Positions 22,322-33,102 of a stretch of 64,000 bases of DNA are shown piece by piece. Under the pieces are notes generated by a model, which was not told the origin of the DNA, did not search any database, and saw nothing but the letters and a program-made list of their open reading frames with translations. The stretch comes from Gemmatimonadota bacterium (GTDB lineage Bacteria > Gemmatimonadota > Gemmatimonadetes > Palauibacterales > Palauibacteraceae). Made by a program: the position numbers and the translations under genes. The stretch's first letter is position 1, and every line of letters begins with the position of its first letter. The stretch spans positions 896,001 to 960,000 of the forward strand of contig OZ220691.1 of assembly GCA_965116475.1 (NCBI GenBank), read 5' to 3'.

Positions 22322-22879
22322 TCACTCCCGGGACGCCCCGCCGTCCGCGTCTCCGGCGCTCTCATCGGCCTCGGGCGCGGCGCCCGTTTCGTCTCCGGCT
22401 CCGTCTCCGGCTCCGGCTCCCGATCCGTCCCCGGATCCGTCCTCCGCCTGGTCCTCCGGGGCCTCGCCCTCCGCCAGCGCCGCGCGGTAGGTCTCCTTGG
22501 ATTCGGCGACGCGCGCCTCGAGGTCGGAGCGGGCCTGCCGGGCCGCGTCCTTTCCCGCCTTGATCGCCTCTCCCGCCTTCTTCTGTTGGTCGGCGACGTT
22601 CTTGCGGAAAGCCCCCACGCGCGTGCCCACCTCGTCGCGCGTGCGGTCGTAGCGGTCTCCGAGCGTTTCCCGGAGGTCCGTGAGCCGCTCCCCCGTCCCC
22701 TCCTTCAACCGGCGAGCCCCTTCGCGCAGGTCGGCCTGCGTCTCCCGCCCGGACTTCGGCGCGAGGAGCAGCGCGACGCCCGCACCCACCAGGGCCCCGC
22801 AGAGGAATGCGACGACCCCGGACGCCCGGCGTTCCACGACCACGTACGGCTGTTGATCCTGCTCCGACATGTCACTCAC
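22322..22879 (-). CDS. YtxH-domain protein
   Basis: GALVGAGVALLLAPKSGRETQ motif, coiled-coil region and low-complexity tail. Confidence 0.85.
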   Translation of the reverse strand: MSDMSEQDQQPYVVVERRASGVVAFLCGALVGAGVALLLAPKSGRETQADLREGARRLKEGTGERLTDLRETLGDRYDRTRDEVGTRVGAFRKNVADQQKKAGEAIKAGKDAARQARSDLEARVAESKETYRAALAEGEAPEDQAEDGSGDGSGAGAGDGAGDETGAAPEADESAGDADGGASRE

Positions 22880-24371
22880 TCTCCTGCTCGCGTCCCGGCG
22901 AGCCCTGCGGACCCGGCGAACCCTGGCGCCCGCCGCCCTCTACAACCCGCCGGTATGCGGCCGGATCCCATTCGGGCCGTTCGTCGGCGTCGGCGATCCG
23001 CTGCCCCAGATGAAAGATGAGCCGCGTGATGCGCGCCGTCTTGTCGTACAGAATCCGGTCCGGTTCGTCGTTGGGACCGTGATAGTCTTCGTGCGTGCCC
23101 GTGAAGAAGAAGAGAATGGGTACGCCCTTCCTGGCAAAACTGTAGTGGTCCGAGCGGAAATAGAAATTCTCCTCCGGCCACGGGTCGTCGATCATCTCGA
23201 GCCCGAGTTCCGGGTGCGCCCGCAGCGTCTGCCGAAGCGCCGTGCCGAGCGTCGACTCGTCGGCGCCGATCGCCACGACGGTGTCGCGCCAGTTCCGGCC
23301 GATCATGTCGATGTTCAGATTGGCGACCGTCGCCCCAAGGGGGAACAGCGGGTTCTCCGCATACCAGCCGGAGCCGAGGAGCCCACGTTCCTCCCCGCTC
23401 ACGGTCATGAATACGAGCGAGCGGCGCGGCGGCGTTTCCAGCGACGCGAACGCCTGGGCGAGTTCCATGATCGCGGCGGTTCCCGAGGCGTCGTCGTCGG
23501 CGCCGTTGTAGATGGAGTCGCCGTCGACCGGCCGCCCCACGCCCACGTGATCCATGTGGGCCGTGAAGACGACGAACTCGCCGCGGAGGTCGGGGTCGGA
23601 GCCTTCGATCCAGCCGATCGTGTTGTACGCCCTCTCCTCGCGGAAGTCGGAGTGCGTGCGCACCCTCGCCTCGTAGGCGGTCGTGCCCGCCCCGGAAGCG
23701 AGGGCCGCGCGCAGCGCTTCGGGGAGCGCGCGCGTCCGGACGAGCGCCACCGGGGCGCCGAGTTCCTCCGGCACGCCGACGGACAACCGCTCCCGCTCGT
23801 AGAAGCGCCGGATGCCGGCGAAGTAGTCGTCCGGCGCGTCGACCGCGAGCAGAACGGCGACCGCGCCGCCATCGAGGACGCCGCGGACGGCTTCGAGACC
23901 TCGCCGCGTTTCCTCGGCCGTGACCGGCATGACGGCGACGGCGCCGGCGGGCGGGTCCGCGCCGCCGGGCATCACGACCGCGAGCGGACCCGCGGCCTCG
24001 CCGCGGCCTCCCGGAACGGAGAGGACGTCGGACGCGTCGATCGTCCCGCCGCCCGGACCGTCGATCTCAAGCGACTGCCGGCCGGGGGCGCCGGCTCGCG
24101 AAGCGGTCAGCGGATACTCCTGGAGATAGCTGTCGCCGTCGGCCGGCTGGAGGCCGAACTCTTCGAAACGACCGGCGATGTGCCGCGCCGCCTTGTCCAG
24201 TTCCGGACTGGGCGTCGCTCGGCCGCGCATCGAGTCGTGCGCCAGGGCGCCGATGCGGAGACGCAGGTCGTCCACGGTGATGGTCGCCGCCCCGACCGCG
24301 GCTTCGCCCTGCGCGGAGGCGCTCGCGGGGGAGGCCGCAAGGATCAGCACGGGCACCCATATCTTTTTCAT
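22872..24371 (-). CDS. Secreted M28-family metallopeptidase
   Basis: Signal peptide MKKIWV...; AHMDH, NGADDDASG, GEERGLLGS, NIDMIG, RSDH, DYH. Confidence 0.92.
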   Translation of the reverse strand: MKKIWVPVLILAASPASASAQGEAAVGAATITVDDLRLRIGALAHDSMRGRATPSPELDKAARHIAGRFEEFGLQPADGDSYLQEYPLTASRAGAPGRQSLEIDGPGGGTIDASDVLSVPGGRGEAAGPLAVVMPGGADPPAGAVAVMPVTAEETRRGLEAVRGVLDGGAVAVLLAVDAPDDYFAGIRRFYERERLSVGVPEELGAPVALVRTRALPEALRAALASGAGTTAYEARVRTHSDFREERAYNTIGWIEGSDPDLRGEFVVFTAHMDHVGVGRPVDGDSIYNGADDDASGTAAIMELAQAFASLETPPRRSLVFMTVSGEERGLLGSGWYAENPLFPLGATVANLNIDMIGRNWRDTVVAIGADESTLGTALRQTLRAHPELGLEMIDDPWPEENFYFRSDHYSFARKGVPILFFFTGTHEDYHGPNDEPDRILYDKTARITRLIFHLGQRIADADERPEWDPAAYRRVVEGGGRQGSPGPQGSPGREQESE

Positions 24372-24456
24372 TCGCTTCCTTCCCGGAGGGACGTTCGACC
24401 GAAGGCGAGTCCGCGACGTGTGGCGGGGCTCCGCCACACGGAGCTAGTCTTTTCCG

Positions 24457-25398
24457 ATGAACGAAGGCACCGCAACTCTCACCCCCGCTCTCGAAGCCTC
24501 CCGGCAGCGTCTGGACCTCGCGAGTCCGCGCGAGATTGTGGGCCTTTCGCACCTCGAACTCGTGGCGCGCCACATCGTCGAGGGGTTTCTCATCGGGCTT
24601 CACGACTCGCCGAAGCGCGGCTTCTCCGCCGAGTTCGCCGAGGACCGCCCCTACAATCGCGGCGACGACATCAGGTACCTCGACTGGAAGGCCTACGCCA
24701 AGACGGATCGCCTCTTCATCAAGCAATACGAGGAGGAGACGAACCTGCGGGCCTACCTGCTCGTCGACGTGAGCGGCTCGATGGGCTGGGTGTCGGACGA
24801 GGAGCGCTTTCCGACCAAGCTCGCCTACGCGCGGCTGCTCGCGGCCTCGCTTTCGCTGCTCCTCGTACAGCAGGGAGACGCGACGGGACTCATCGCCTTC
24901 GATGACGCGCTGCGGGCGCACATCGCGCCGCGCACCACGCGCCGCCACTGGCGCCGGCTGCTGGGCGAACTCACGCGCCTCTCCGCCGATGGCCGGACCG
25001 ATGCGGGTTCCGCGCTCAAGGAGATCGCCGGCCGGCTGCAGCGGCGGGGTCTCGTCGTGCTCATCTCGGACCTGCTGGTGGACCCGGATACGACGCGGAT
25101 GTCCCTGCGCTATCTGCGGCACCGCGGCCACGAGGTGATCCTGTTCCACATCATGGACCCCGGCGAGCGGGAGCTGCCCGCCGAGGGGGAGGCGATCTTC
25201 TTCGACCCCGAGACCGGCGAGGAACTCGGCGCCAACTCCGCGGCGCTCCGCAGGCAGTACCGGGAGGCGGTCGAGGCGGCGGTCGACGGCTGGCGCAAGG
25301 AAGCGCTGCGCTGGGGGGCCGACTACGCGCTCCTCACGACGGACACTCCCCTCGGGCTCGCGCTGAGGCAGTTCATGCGCAGGCGGGCCGGCGGGTGA
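24457..25398 (+). CDS. DUF58 (vWA-like) protein
   Basis: G.HDSPKRGFSAEFAEDRPY..GDDIRYLDWK, VLISD. Confidence 0.92.
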   Translation: MNEGTATLTPALEASRQRLDLASPREIVGLSHLELVARHIVEGFLIGLHDSPKRGFSAEFAEDRPYNRGDDIRYLDWKAYAKTDRLFIKQYEEETNLRAYLLVDVSGSMGWVSDEERFPTKLAYARLLAASLSLLLVQQGDATGLIAFDDALRAHIAPRTTRRHWRRLLGELTRLSADGRTDAGSALKEIAGRLQRRGLVVLISDLLVDPDTTRMSLRYLRHRGHEVILFHIMDPGERELPAEGEAIFFDPETGEELGANSAALRRQYREAVEAAVDGWRKEALRWGADYALLTTDTPLGLALRQFMRRRAGG

Positions 25399-25414
25399 CG
25401 GGAGCCGGGGTGGC

Positions 25415-27403
25415 TTGAGCTTCCTCTATCTGTCGGCGCTGGCCCTCGGGCTGAGCGTTGTCGTGCCGCTCATCCTCCACCTGCGGCGGCGCCAGACCGA
25501 CCGGCGCGTGTCCTTTCCGGCGCTCCGCTACCTGAGCCGCGCGGAGGATGCGCGCTCGAGGTCGCTCGCGGCCTCGGACCTGCTGCTGCTCGCCGTGCGG
25601 CTCGGGCTCCTGATCGCACTCGCGCTCGCGGCGGCGGGTCCGCTCATCGGACGCGGCGGCGCCCGCGACCACGAGCCGACGGACCTCGCGCTCATCGTGG
25701 ACAACTCGGCGAGCGTCGGGCGGCTGGACGAGAACCGCGTCCTGTTCGAGTCGCTCGTGGAGCTTGCCCGGTCGGCGCTCGCCGCGGCCCGCCCCGAGGA
25801 CCGCGTGTGGCTCTTCCCCACCGTGGGGGAACCGCTCGCGACCGGCGTCTCCGCGGGCCGGGCCGCGCCGGCACTTGGGCAGTTCCGGCGAACCGACGGC
25901 GCGGCAGACCTGGCCGCCGTCGTGGCGCGGGCGGCCGCGGCGCTCCCCGCCGACGGCGAGCGGCGGCGCGAAATCCAGTTGCTGTCGGACCTCCAGGCGT
26001 CCGCGCTGCGGGCCGCCCCGGCGGCCGCAAGCGACGCCGCCCCCCTCGTGGCCTACGCGCCCCGGCCGCCGGCCGAGCCGAACGGCGCCCTCGTCGATAT
26101 CGAACTCACGGGCGGGACGACCGTGCCCTCGGGCACCGGGCACGGCGTCATCGTGCGGAGCGCGCGCACCGGGCCGGCCGCCACGCCGGACCCACCGGCT
26201 TCCGCCGCGGCGGAAGCCGACATCAGGCTTGAACTCGACGGACGGCTCGCCGGCGCGGCCCGGGCTCCGTGGGGCGCGAGCGCCATCCTCGGCCTCCCCG
26301 AACTCGGGCCGGGGCTGCACGAGGGGCGAGTGGAAGTGGACCCCGCCGGCGCGCGAGCGGATGACCTGCGCTACTTCGCGATCCGGGTCGTACCTCCCCC
26401 CGCGGTCCGCCTCCACGGCGACGCGAACGGCTTCGTCGGGCTCGGGATCGAGACGCTCCGCGACGGAGGACGGCTGAGAGCGGGAGGAAACGGGGGCGTC
26501 GCGGTCGTGGATGGGGATGTGAGCGTAGGCGCGCCGTGGGAGGACGCCGAGACCGTGATCTTCGTTCCGCCCGCGGACCCGGTGGATCTGGCGGCGTTCA
26601 ATCAGGGGCTGGCTTCGGTCGGGATCGCCTGGCAGGCAAGCGTCGATGCGGGATCGGGAGACCTCGGACTCGCGGAGCCCGAGGCCGCGTTCTCGCTCTC
26701 GGGGGTGCGGGTCCGGCAGCGCTATCTCCTTCGCGCGACCGGCGGCGGCTCGACCGCCGACACGGCGCTGCTGCGCACGGAAGACGGAGAACCGTGGCTC
26801 ATCCGCACGGATTCGGACGGCCGCATGGCACTGGTCCTCGCCTCGCCGCTCAGCGCCACGGCCAGCGACCTCCCCGCGCATCCCGCCATGGTCCCCTTCC
26901 TCGAAGCGCTCCTCGTGCACTGGTCGCACCTGGCCACCTGGCCCTTCGCCGACTTCGGCGCCGGGCGGCCGCTGACCCTCCCGGAGTGGGCGAGCGAGGT
27001 CGAATCCCCCGACGGGACGGTGCGTGCCGTGGAGGGCGGAGCGCGGTTCACGCCGCTCAGGGCGGGGGTGTATGCGGTTCGAGGTACCGGCGGCGACGGG
27101 GCCGGCGCGGAAACGCACTTCGCGGCGAACGTGCCCGAGGAGGAGGCCGACCCGACGCCGATGGGGCGGCGCGAACTGGAGGAACTGTTCGCCGGCCGGC
27201 CGGTATTTACGGCGGGCCCCGACCCGAGCGCCTGGGCAGACGGTATCTTTCGCGCGCGGCGGGGCCGGGACATGGCCCCCTGGTTGATCGCGATCGCGCT
27301 CGTGCTGATCGGGATCGAACTGTACCTGGCGACGCCTGGCCGGTCGCGCCGCCCGAGCGCGGATGGTGAAGGGAGCGAGGCGACATCGGGCGCGTCGAAC
27401 TGA
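25415..27403 (+). CDS. BatA N-terminal / vWA-like membrane protein
   Basis: MSFL...VPLILHL...FPALRYL BatA motif; DNSASV; C-terminal transmembrane segment. Confidence 0.82.
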   Translation: MSFLYLSALALGLSVVVPLILHLRRRQTDRRVSFPALRYLSRAEDARSRSLAASDLLLLAVRLGLLIALALAAAGPLIGRGGARDHEPTDLALIVDNSASVGRLDENRVLFESLVELARSALAAARPEDRVWLFPTVGEPLATGVSAGRAAPALGQFRRTDGAADLAAVVARAAAALPADGERRREIQLLSDLQASALRAAPAAASDAAPLVAYAPRPPAEPNGALVDIELTGGTTVPSGTGHGVIVRSARTGPAATPDPPASAAAEADIRLELDGRLAGAARAPWGASAILGLPELGPGLHEGRVEVDPAGARADDLRYFAIRVVPPPAVRLHGDANGFVGLGIETLRDGGRLRAGGNGGVAVVDGDVSVGAPWEDAETVIFVPPADPVDLAAFNQGLASVGIAWQASVDAGSGDLGLAEPEAAFSLSGVRVRQRYLLRATGGGSTADTALLRTEDGEPWLIRTDSDGRMALVLASPLSATASDLPAHPAMVPFLEALLVHWSHLATWPFADFGAGRPLTLPEWASEVESPDGTVRAVEGGARFTPLRAGVYAVRGTGGDGAGAETHFAANVPEEEADPTPMGRRELEELFAGRPVFTAGPDPSAWADGIFRARRGRDMAPWLIAIALVLIGIELYLATPGRSRRPSADGEGSEATSGASN

Positions 27404-27426
27404 TTCGAACGTCGTTCCTCCAAACC

Positions 27427-30400
27427 GTGCGAGCCGCCGGAATCCCGGAGGCGCTCTCGCGGCGTGGCGCCCGTGCGTTCGTTCACCCGCTCCCGGGCGC
27501 GGGATCCGCCGCGCTTGCGCTCGCGCTCGACGACCTGGCCGCCGGCACGCCCATCGTCCTCGTGGCCGACACGCCCGAACGGGCCGAGGCGCTCCACGAG
27601 GATCTCCGCACGCTCGGGGCCGGCGGCGCCCGCTGCTATCCGCAGCGAGAGGCCCTCCCGTACGAGGATGCGGACCCTCACATCGAGATCGAGGCCCAGC
27701 GCGTGGACGCGATGGGGGCGCTGCTCGGCGGACGCTGCCGCATCCTCACGACGACGGCCCGGGCGCTCGCCGAGCGGGCGCCGATCCCGGTCGGCCCCGG
27801 CTCGAGCCTCGCCCTCACAATCCGCCGCGGGGCCGAGCACCCACTGGCCGAACTCGGCCGACGCCTCGAGGAGATGGGATTCGACCGCACCCACACGGTG
27901 CGCGAAGTCGGGGACTACGCGATCCGCGGCGGGATCGTGGACCTGTTCCCGTTCGGACATCCGGCGCCGCTGCGGATCGAACTCTGGGGCGACGAGGTGG
28001 AGTCGGTCCGCCGATTCGACGCGCTCACCCAGCGTTCGACCGAAACCCTGGAGAGCGTGGAAGTCCTTCCGGTCGCGCTGCGGGACTCGGCAGGGCCGGG
28101 CGACGTGGAGCGGCGGGCCCTGCTCGAGACGCTGCCTCCGACGGCGCTCGCGCTGATCCTCGACCCGGACGGGGGCGTCCGGGCCCGCGCGCGCCTGTGG
28201 GACGAGGTCCGGGACGCGAGGAAGCGCGTCGGCGCCGGCGCGGAGCCGGCCGAGTCTCTCGTTCTCCCGCCCCCCGAGGCCAAACGACGGCTCGACGTCT
28301 TCCGCCGCCTGGAGGTCACGGCGCCGGACGAGGCCCCGCCGGCCGCGATTCGGCTGCCCGTCGAGCCTCCGCCCTCGATAGACCGCGACATGAAGCGGCT
28401 CGTGGCGGAGATCGGCACGGCGCGGGACCGGGGCGAGCGACTCATCGTCTTCTGCGACAACGACGGCCAGGTCGAGCGGCTGGAGGAGATCCTCACCGAA
28501 CGCGGGAGCGCGGCGCTCGCCCGCGAAGTCGCCCTCGCCATCGGGTCGCTCAGCGGCGGGTTCAGGGTCGGGGTCCCGGGCACCCTGCTCGTCCTCACGG
28601 ATCACGAGGTGTTCCGGCGCCGGTATCGCCGCCACCGCGTCCGGTTGCGCGGCGCCGCCACCATCGAATCCATCGCGGCCATCGAACCCGGCGACTACGT
28701 GGTTCACATGGAGCACGGGATCGGCCGCTACATGGGCCTCGAGCGGGTCGAAGTGCGCGGCGAGACGGTCGAGACGATGGAGATCCGCTACGCCGACGGC
28801 GAGATCCTGAGACTCCCGCACTATCGGCTGGACCTCATCGAGCGGTGGAGCGCCGCCGGCTCCGACGCCCGGCCGCCCGCGGTCCACAAGCTCGGCCGGC
28901 GGAAGTGGAAACAGCTCCGGAACCGGACCGTCGCCGCGATCGAGGCCACGGCGGTCGAACTCCTCCAACTCTATGCGCGACGCAAGATGTCGCCCGGCCG
29001 CGCCTTCCCCGCCGAGACCGCCTGGCAGCGCGAGATGGAATCCGCCTTCCTCTACGATGAGACGCCGGATCAGCTCAGCGCCTGGGACGCCGTCCGGCGC
29101 GATCTCGAGGCGCCGGTCCCGATGGACCGCCTCGTGTGCGGGGACGTCGGCTTCGGAAAGACGGAGGTCGCGATCCGCGCGGCGTTCAAGGCGGTGCAGG
29201 ACGGCGCGCAGGTGGCCGTCCTCGCCCCGACCACCATCCTCGCGGACCAGCACCTCGCCACCTTCCGGGAGCGCCTCGCGGGCTTCCCCGTGAATGTGGA
29301 CGGGTTGTCCCGCTTCCGCACTCCCCGCGAGCAGCGCGAGGTCATCGCAGGGCTCGCCGCCGGGACCATCGACATCGTCATCGGCACGCACCGGCTCCTC
29401 TCGCCCGACGTCGGATTCCGCGACCTGGGCCTCCTCATCGTGGACGAGGAACAGCGGTTCGGCGTCCGCCAGAAGGAGCGGCTGAAGGAGTACCGCGAGA
29501 CGGTGGATGTCCTCACGCTCACGGCGACGCCCATCCCCCGGACCCTGCACCTGGCGCTCGGCGGGCTGCGCGACCTCTCCACGATCCGCACGCCGCCGCG
29601 CAACCGCATGCCGATCATCACGCACGTGCTGTCCTGGGATGACGGGATCCTGGAGGAGGCCCTGCGGCGCGAGTTCGACCGCGGCGGCCAGGTGTTCTTC
29701 GTCCACGACCGCGTCGAGACGATCCACGTCGCCGCGAGCCGGGTCGAAAGGCTGATGCCCGAAGCGCGGGCCGCCATCGCGCACGGCCAGATGCCGGAGC
29801 GCGAACTCGAGGACGTCATGCACCGCTTCGTCGCCGGCGAGATCGACCTCCTCATCTGCACGTCCATCATCGAAAACGGACTCGACGTCCCGTCCGCAAA
29901 CACGATGGTCGTCCACCGGGCCCACAACTTCGGCCTCGCCCAGCTCTACCAGTTGCGGGGACGGGTCGGCCGCTCTCACCGCCGCGCCTACTGCTATCTC
30001 GTCGTCCCCTCCGATGTCGCCCCGGATGCGGCCGAGCGGCTGCGCGTGCTCGAGCACCACACGGAGCTGGGCTCGGGGTACGAGGTCGCACTCAAGGACC
30101 TCGAGTTGCGCGGGGCGGGCAACCTCATGGGCGGAGAGCAGAGCGGCTTCGCCACCGCGGTCGGGATCGAAACGTGGCAGCGGCTTGTCGAGAGCACCCT
30201 CCGGCGGTTGAAGGGAGAATCCTCGGACCCCGCGCCCCGTGCCCGGGTCTCCGTGGACGGAGAGTCCTACCTTCCCGATGCCTACGTCGCCGGGTCTCCG
30301 GTGAAGATGCATCTCTATCGCCGTCTCTCGCGTCTCACGAAATGGGAAGAGGTGAAGGCGTTCCGCGCGGAACTCGAGGATCGCTTCGGCCGCCTTCCGC

Positions 30401-30738
30401 CCCCCGCGGCGCGACTCATCGCGGCGGCGGAACTCCGGATACTCGGGGCGGCGATCGGCGCGGACTGGATCCGGGCCTCCGACGACGACGCCCGAATCTC
30501 GTTCGAGGCGACGGCCTCGCCGCGGCTCAGGCTGCTCACGAACGCGCTCGCGGACCGCCAGTTGCACGTTGAAGTACGGCGGCTGGAACCGTTATCGTTG
30601 GTCCTGCGACGGGCGGGAACCGAGGCCCTCCTGCCGATGCTGGTGGAAGCCCTGGGGATCCTGGCGGCGCCGGGACGCACGGAGGCCAACACGGAGGCGA
30701 AGGACACGAGAGTTCCGGCGGCCGCCGGAGGAGTCTAG
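27427..30738 (+). CDS. mfd: Transcription-repair coupling factor
   Basis: RGGIVDLF, VVHMEHGIGRY, CGDVGFGKTEVA, DEEQRFG, TATPIPRTL, QLRGRVGR. Confidence 0.97.
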   Translation: MRAAGIPEALSRRGARAFVHPLPGAGSAALALALDDLAAGTPIVLVADTPERAEALHEDLRTLGAGGARCYPQREALPYEDADPHIEIEAQRVDAMGALLGGRCRILTTTARALAERAPIPVGPGSSLALTIRRGAEHPLAELGRRLEEMGFDRTHTVREVGDYAIRGGIVDLFPFGHPAPLRIELWGDEVESVRRFDALTQRSTETLESVEVLPVALRDSAGPGDVERRALLETLPPTALALILDPDGGVRARARLWDEVRDARKRVGAGAEPAESLVLPPPEAKRRLDVFRRLEVTAPDEAPPAAIRLPVEPPPSIDRDMKRLVAEIGTARDRGERLIVFCDNDGQVERLEEILTERGSAALAREVALAIGSLSGGFRVGVPGTLLVLTDHEVFRRRYRRHRVRLRGAATIESIAAIEPGDYVVHMEHGIGRYMGLERVEVRGETVETMEIRYADGEILRLPHYRLDLIERWSAAGSDARPPAVHKLGRRKWKQLRNRTVAAIEATAVELLQLYARRKMSPGRAFPAETAWQREMESAFLYDETPDQLSAWDAVRRDLEAPVPMDRLVCGDVGFGKTEVAIRAAFKAVQDGAQVAVLAPTTILADQHLATFRERLAGFPVNVDGLSRFRTPREQREVIAGLAAGTIDIVIGTHRLLSPDVGFRDLGLLIVDEEQRFGVRQKERLKEYRETVDVLTLTATPIPRTLHLALGGLRDLSTIRTPPRNRMPIITHVLSWDDGILEEALRREFDRGGQVFFVHDRVETIHVAASRVERLMPEARAAIAHGQMPERELEDVMHRFVAGEIDLLICTSIIENGLDVPSANTMVVHRAHNFGLAQLYQLRGRVGRSHRRAYCYLVVPSDVAPDAAERLRVLEHHTELGSGYEVALKDLELRGAGNLMGGEQSGFATAVGIETWQRLVESTLRRLKGESSDPAPRARVSVDGESYLPDAYVAGSPVKMHLYRRLSRLTKWEEVKAFRAELEDRFGRLPPPAARLIAAAELRILGAAIGADWIRASDDDARISFEATASPRLRLLTNALADRQLHVEVRRLEPLSLVLRRAGTEALLPMLVEALGILAAPGRTEANTEAKDTRVPAAAGGV

Positions 30739-30739
30739 C

Positions 30740-32140
30740 GTGATCGATATCAATCGTGGAATGAAGGCGTTTCGAGCCGGGGCCTGTCTGCTCGCAGCGG
30801 CGCTCGCCCTCGGCACGCCGCTTTCCGGACTGCAGGCGAACGAACCCGCGGCGCCCGACACCGTGGAGGCCACGGGGTTCCCCGCCGGCGTGGAGTCGCT
30901 GGACCGGATCGTGGCCGTGGTCGGCGACACGGCAATCCTGATCTCCGATATCCAGATTACGCTCTACCAGCTGCAGGCCCGCGGCGCGCGCGTTCCGCCC
31001 GAAGGGACCGAGCGATGGGAGGCGTTCGCCCGCGAAGTGCTCGACGCGATGATCGACGACCTCATCTTCCTTCAGCAGGCGAGGAACGCCGGTGTCACGG
31101 TGCCCGAGGGCCGCGTGACCGAGATGGCCGACGCCTACTTCGCGGAAACGCGGGCCAACTTCTCCTCCGACGAGGAGATGATGCTGGCGGTGGAAGAGAC
31201 GGGCATGAACATGCTCCAGTTCCGCCAGATGCAGCGCTCGCAGGCGCAGGCCGAGGGAATGCGGCAGGCCTACCGGATCGAACTCGAGCAGCGCTCCGAC
31301 CTGCCGCCGGTCATCGTCAGCGAGGAGGAGGTCGAAGCCGCCTTTGACGAGTTCGCGCAGAACCAGCCGCCCCGCCCCGCGCTCGTCTCGTTCAACCGGC
31401 TCGTGGTCACGCCGAATCCGAGCGGGGCGGCCCGGGACACCGTCCTCGCGCGCACGATCCGCGTCCAGAACGATTTCGCGAACGAGGAGGAGTTTTCGGT
31501 CCTCGCCCGCCGCCATTCCGACGACGACGGGACGAGGGAGCAGGGCGGCGAGTTGGGCTGGATGAACCGCGACCTGCTCGTGAAGCCGTTCGGCGACGCC
31601 GCCTGGGGGGCACGCCCCGGCCAGACCGTGGGTCCGGTGCAGACCCAGTTCGGGCTCCACTTCATCAAGATCGAGCGCCAACGGGGGGCGGAGCGCTTTC
31701 TGCGTCACATCCTCCTGCGCCCCGAGATCTCGGAAGAGGACATCGAGGAGGCCCGGACGCTCGCGGTCCAGATCGCGGACAGTCTGCGGGCGGGCGCCGA
31801 CCCGGAACGGCTCGTGGCCGTGTTCCGCGGGCAGGTGGCTGACGAGGCGATCCGTTTCGACGACGTCGCGCTCGGGAGTCTGCTCAGCCAGTTCACGGGC
31901 GGGGGCGCCGAATCCGGACTCACCGCTCCGACGCCCGGCACGGTGTACGGGCCGCTGCCGATGCAGCGCGGCGGTCCCACCGAGTTCGGGCTCGTGCACG
32001 TCCTGACGTTCCGTCCCGAGGGCCCGATCGAACTCAATGACGTGCGGGTTCAGATCCGGCAGAGCCTCCGTACCCGCAAGCAGATCGACATCATTCTCCA
32101 AGAGGTGCGTTCCAACACGTACATCGATGTGAGATTCTGA
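30740..32140 (+). CDS. surA: SurA-like peptidyl-prolyl isomerase chaperone
   Basis: LDRIVAVVG, FSVLARRHSDD, GGELGW, QTQFGLH, RHILL; precedes pdxA. Confidence 0.82.
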   Translation: MIDINRGMKAFRAGACLLAAALALGTPLSGLQANEPAAPDTVEATGFPAGVESLDRIVAVVGDTAILISDIQITLYQLQARGARVPPEGTERWEAFAREVLDAMIDDLIFLQQARNAGVTVPEGRVTEMADAYFAETRANFSSDEEMMLAVEETGMNMLQFRQMQRSQAQAEGMRQAYRIELEQRSDLPPVIVSEEEVEAAFDEFAQNQPPRPALVSFNRLVVTPNPSGAARDTVLARTIRVQNDFANEEEFSVLARRHSDDDGTREQGGELGWMNRDLLVKPFGDAAWGARPGQTVGPVQTQFGLHFIKIERQRGAERFLRHILLRPEISEEDIEEARTLAVQIADSLRAGADPERLVAVFRGQVADEAIRFDDVALGSLLSQFTGGGAESGLTAPTPGTVYGPLPMQRGGPTEFGLVHVLTFRPEGPIELNDVRVQIRQSLRTRKQIDIILQEVRSNTYIDVRF

Positions 32141-32145
32141 GGAGG

Positions 32146-33102
32146 ATGACCCACATGCCGCGCCTCGGGATCACGCTGGGGGATCCGCGCGGGATCGGGC
32201 CGGAGGTGACCGCGGCGGCGCTCTCCTCGTTCTCGGGCGCCCACGGGATCGAAGCGGTCCTCGTGGGGCCGCGTTCGCTCGGCGAGGTGGAAGACCGCCT
32301 GGCAGGGGTGCCTCGGGAGGCGGTGGGAGACTGGAACCCGGCGGGCGGCGAGAGGCTCGCGGGCCTGCTGTCGGCGCGGGCCATCGAACGGGCCGTCGCG
32401 ATGGCGCGGACGGGGGAGATCGACGGGATCGTGACGGCTCCGATCAGCAAGGCCGCCCTGCGGGCCGCGGGGTACGCGCACCCGGGGCATACGGAGTTCC
32501 TCCAGGAGTTGGCCGGAGCGCACGAGGTCACGATGATGATGTCCGCCGAGCGCACGCCCCTCGGCGGATCACTGCGCCTCGCGCTCCTCACCGCGCATCT
32601 TCCCTTGCGCGACGTACCCTCGGTGCTCGACGCGGGCCTCTTCGTGCGCCGGTCCGGGATCGCGATCGAAGCGCTGCGCGCCTGGTGGGGGATCGAGCGG
32701 CCGCGCGTCGCGTTCGCGGGGCTCAACCCCCACGCGGGCGAGGGGGGACTGTTCGGCGACGAGGAGATCGAGGTGTTCGCGCCGGCGCTCACCCGGCTCG
32801 CCTCCGACCCCGCGCTGGACATCCTCGGCGTCTTCCCCGGGGACACGGTCTTCCTGAAGGCGCTCTCGGGAGAGGCGGACCTCATCGTGACGCCCTACCA
32901 CGACGTGGGCCTCGCGGTGCTGAAGACGATCGCCATGAACGAAGGCGTGAACGTGACGGCCGGGCTTCCCTTCCCGCGCACCTCTCCGGATCACGGCACG
33001 GCCATGGATATCGCGGGCCGCGGGGTCGCCGACCCGGGAGCGATGCGGGCCGCGATCGACCTCTGCGCCCGGTTCTGCGCGGCGCGGGCCCTCGCGACGT
33101 GA
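32146..33102 (+). CDS. pdxA: 4-hydroxythreonine-4-phosphate dehydrogenase
   Basis: GDPRGIGPE, GHTEFL, GLNPHAGE, YHD, RTSPDHGTA. Confidence 0.95.
   Translation: MTHMPRLGITLGDPRGIGPEVTAAALSSFSGAHGIEAVLVGPRSLGEVEDRLAGVPREAVGDWNPAGGERLAGLLSARAIERAVAMARTGEIDGIVTAPISKAALRAAGYAHPGHTEFLQELAGAHEVTMMMSAERTPLGGSLRLALLTAHLPLRDVPSVLDAGLFVRRSGIAIEALRAWWGIERPRVAFAGLNPHAGEGGLFGDEEIEVFAPALTRLASDPALDILGVFPGDTVFLKALSGEADLIVTPYHDVGLAVLKTIAMNEGVNVTAGLPFPRTSPDHGTAMDIAGRGVADPGAMRAAIDLCARFCAARALAT

Noticed and set aside
26722..30567. 1281-aa ORF on the - strand
   Set aside because: Antisense shadow of mfd and the BatA-like gene; no independent domain signal
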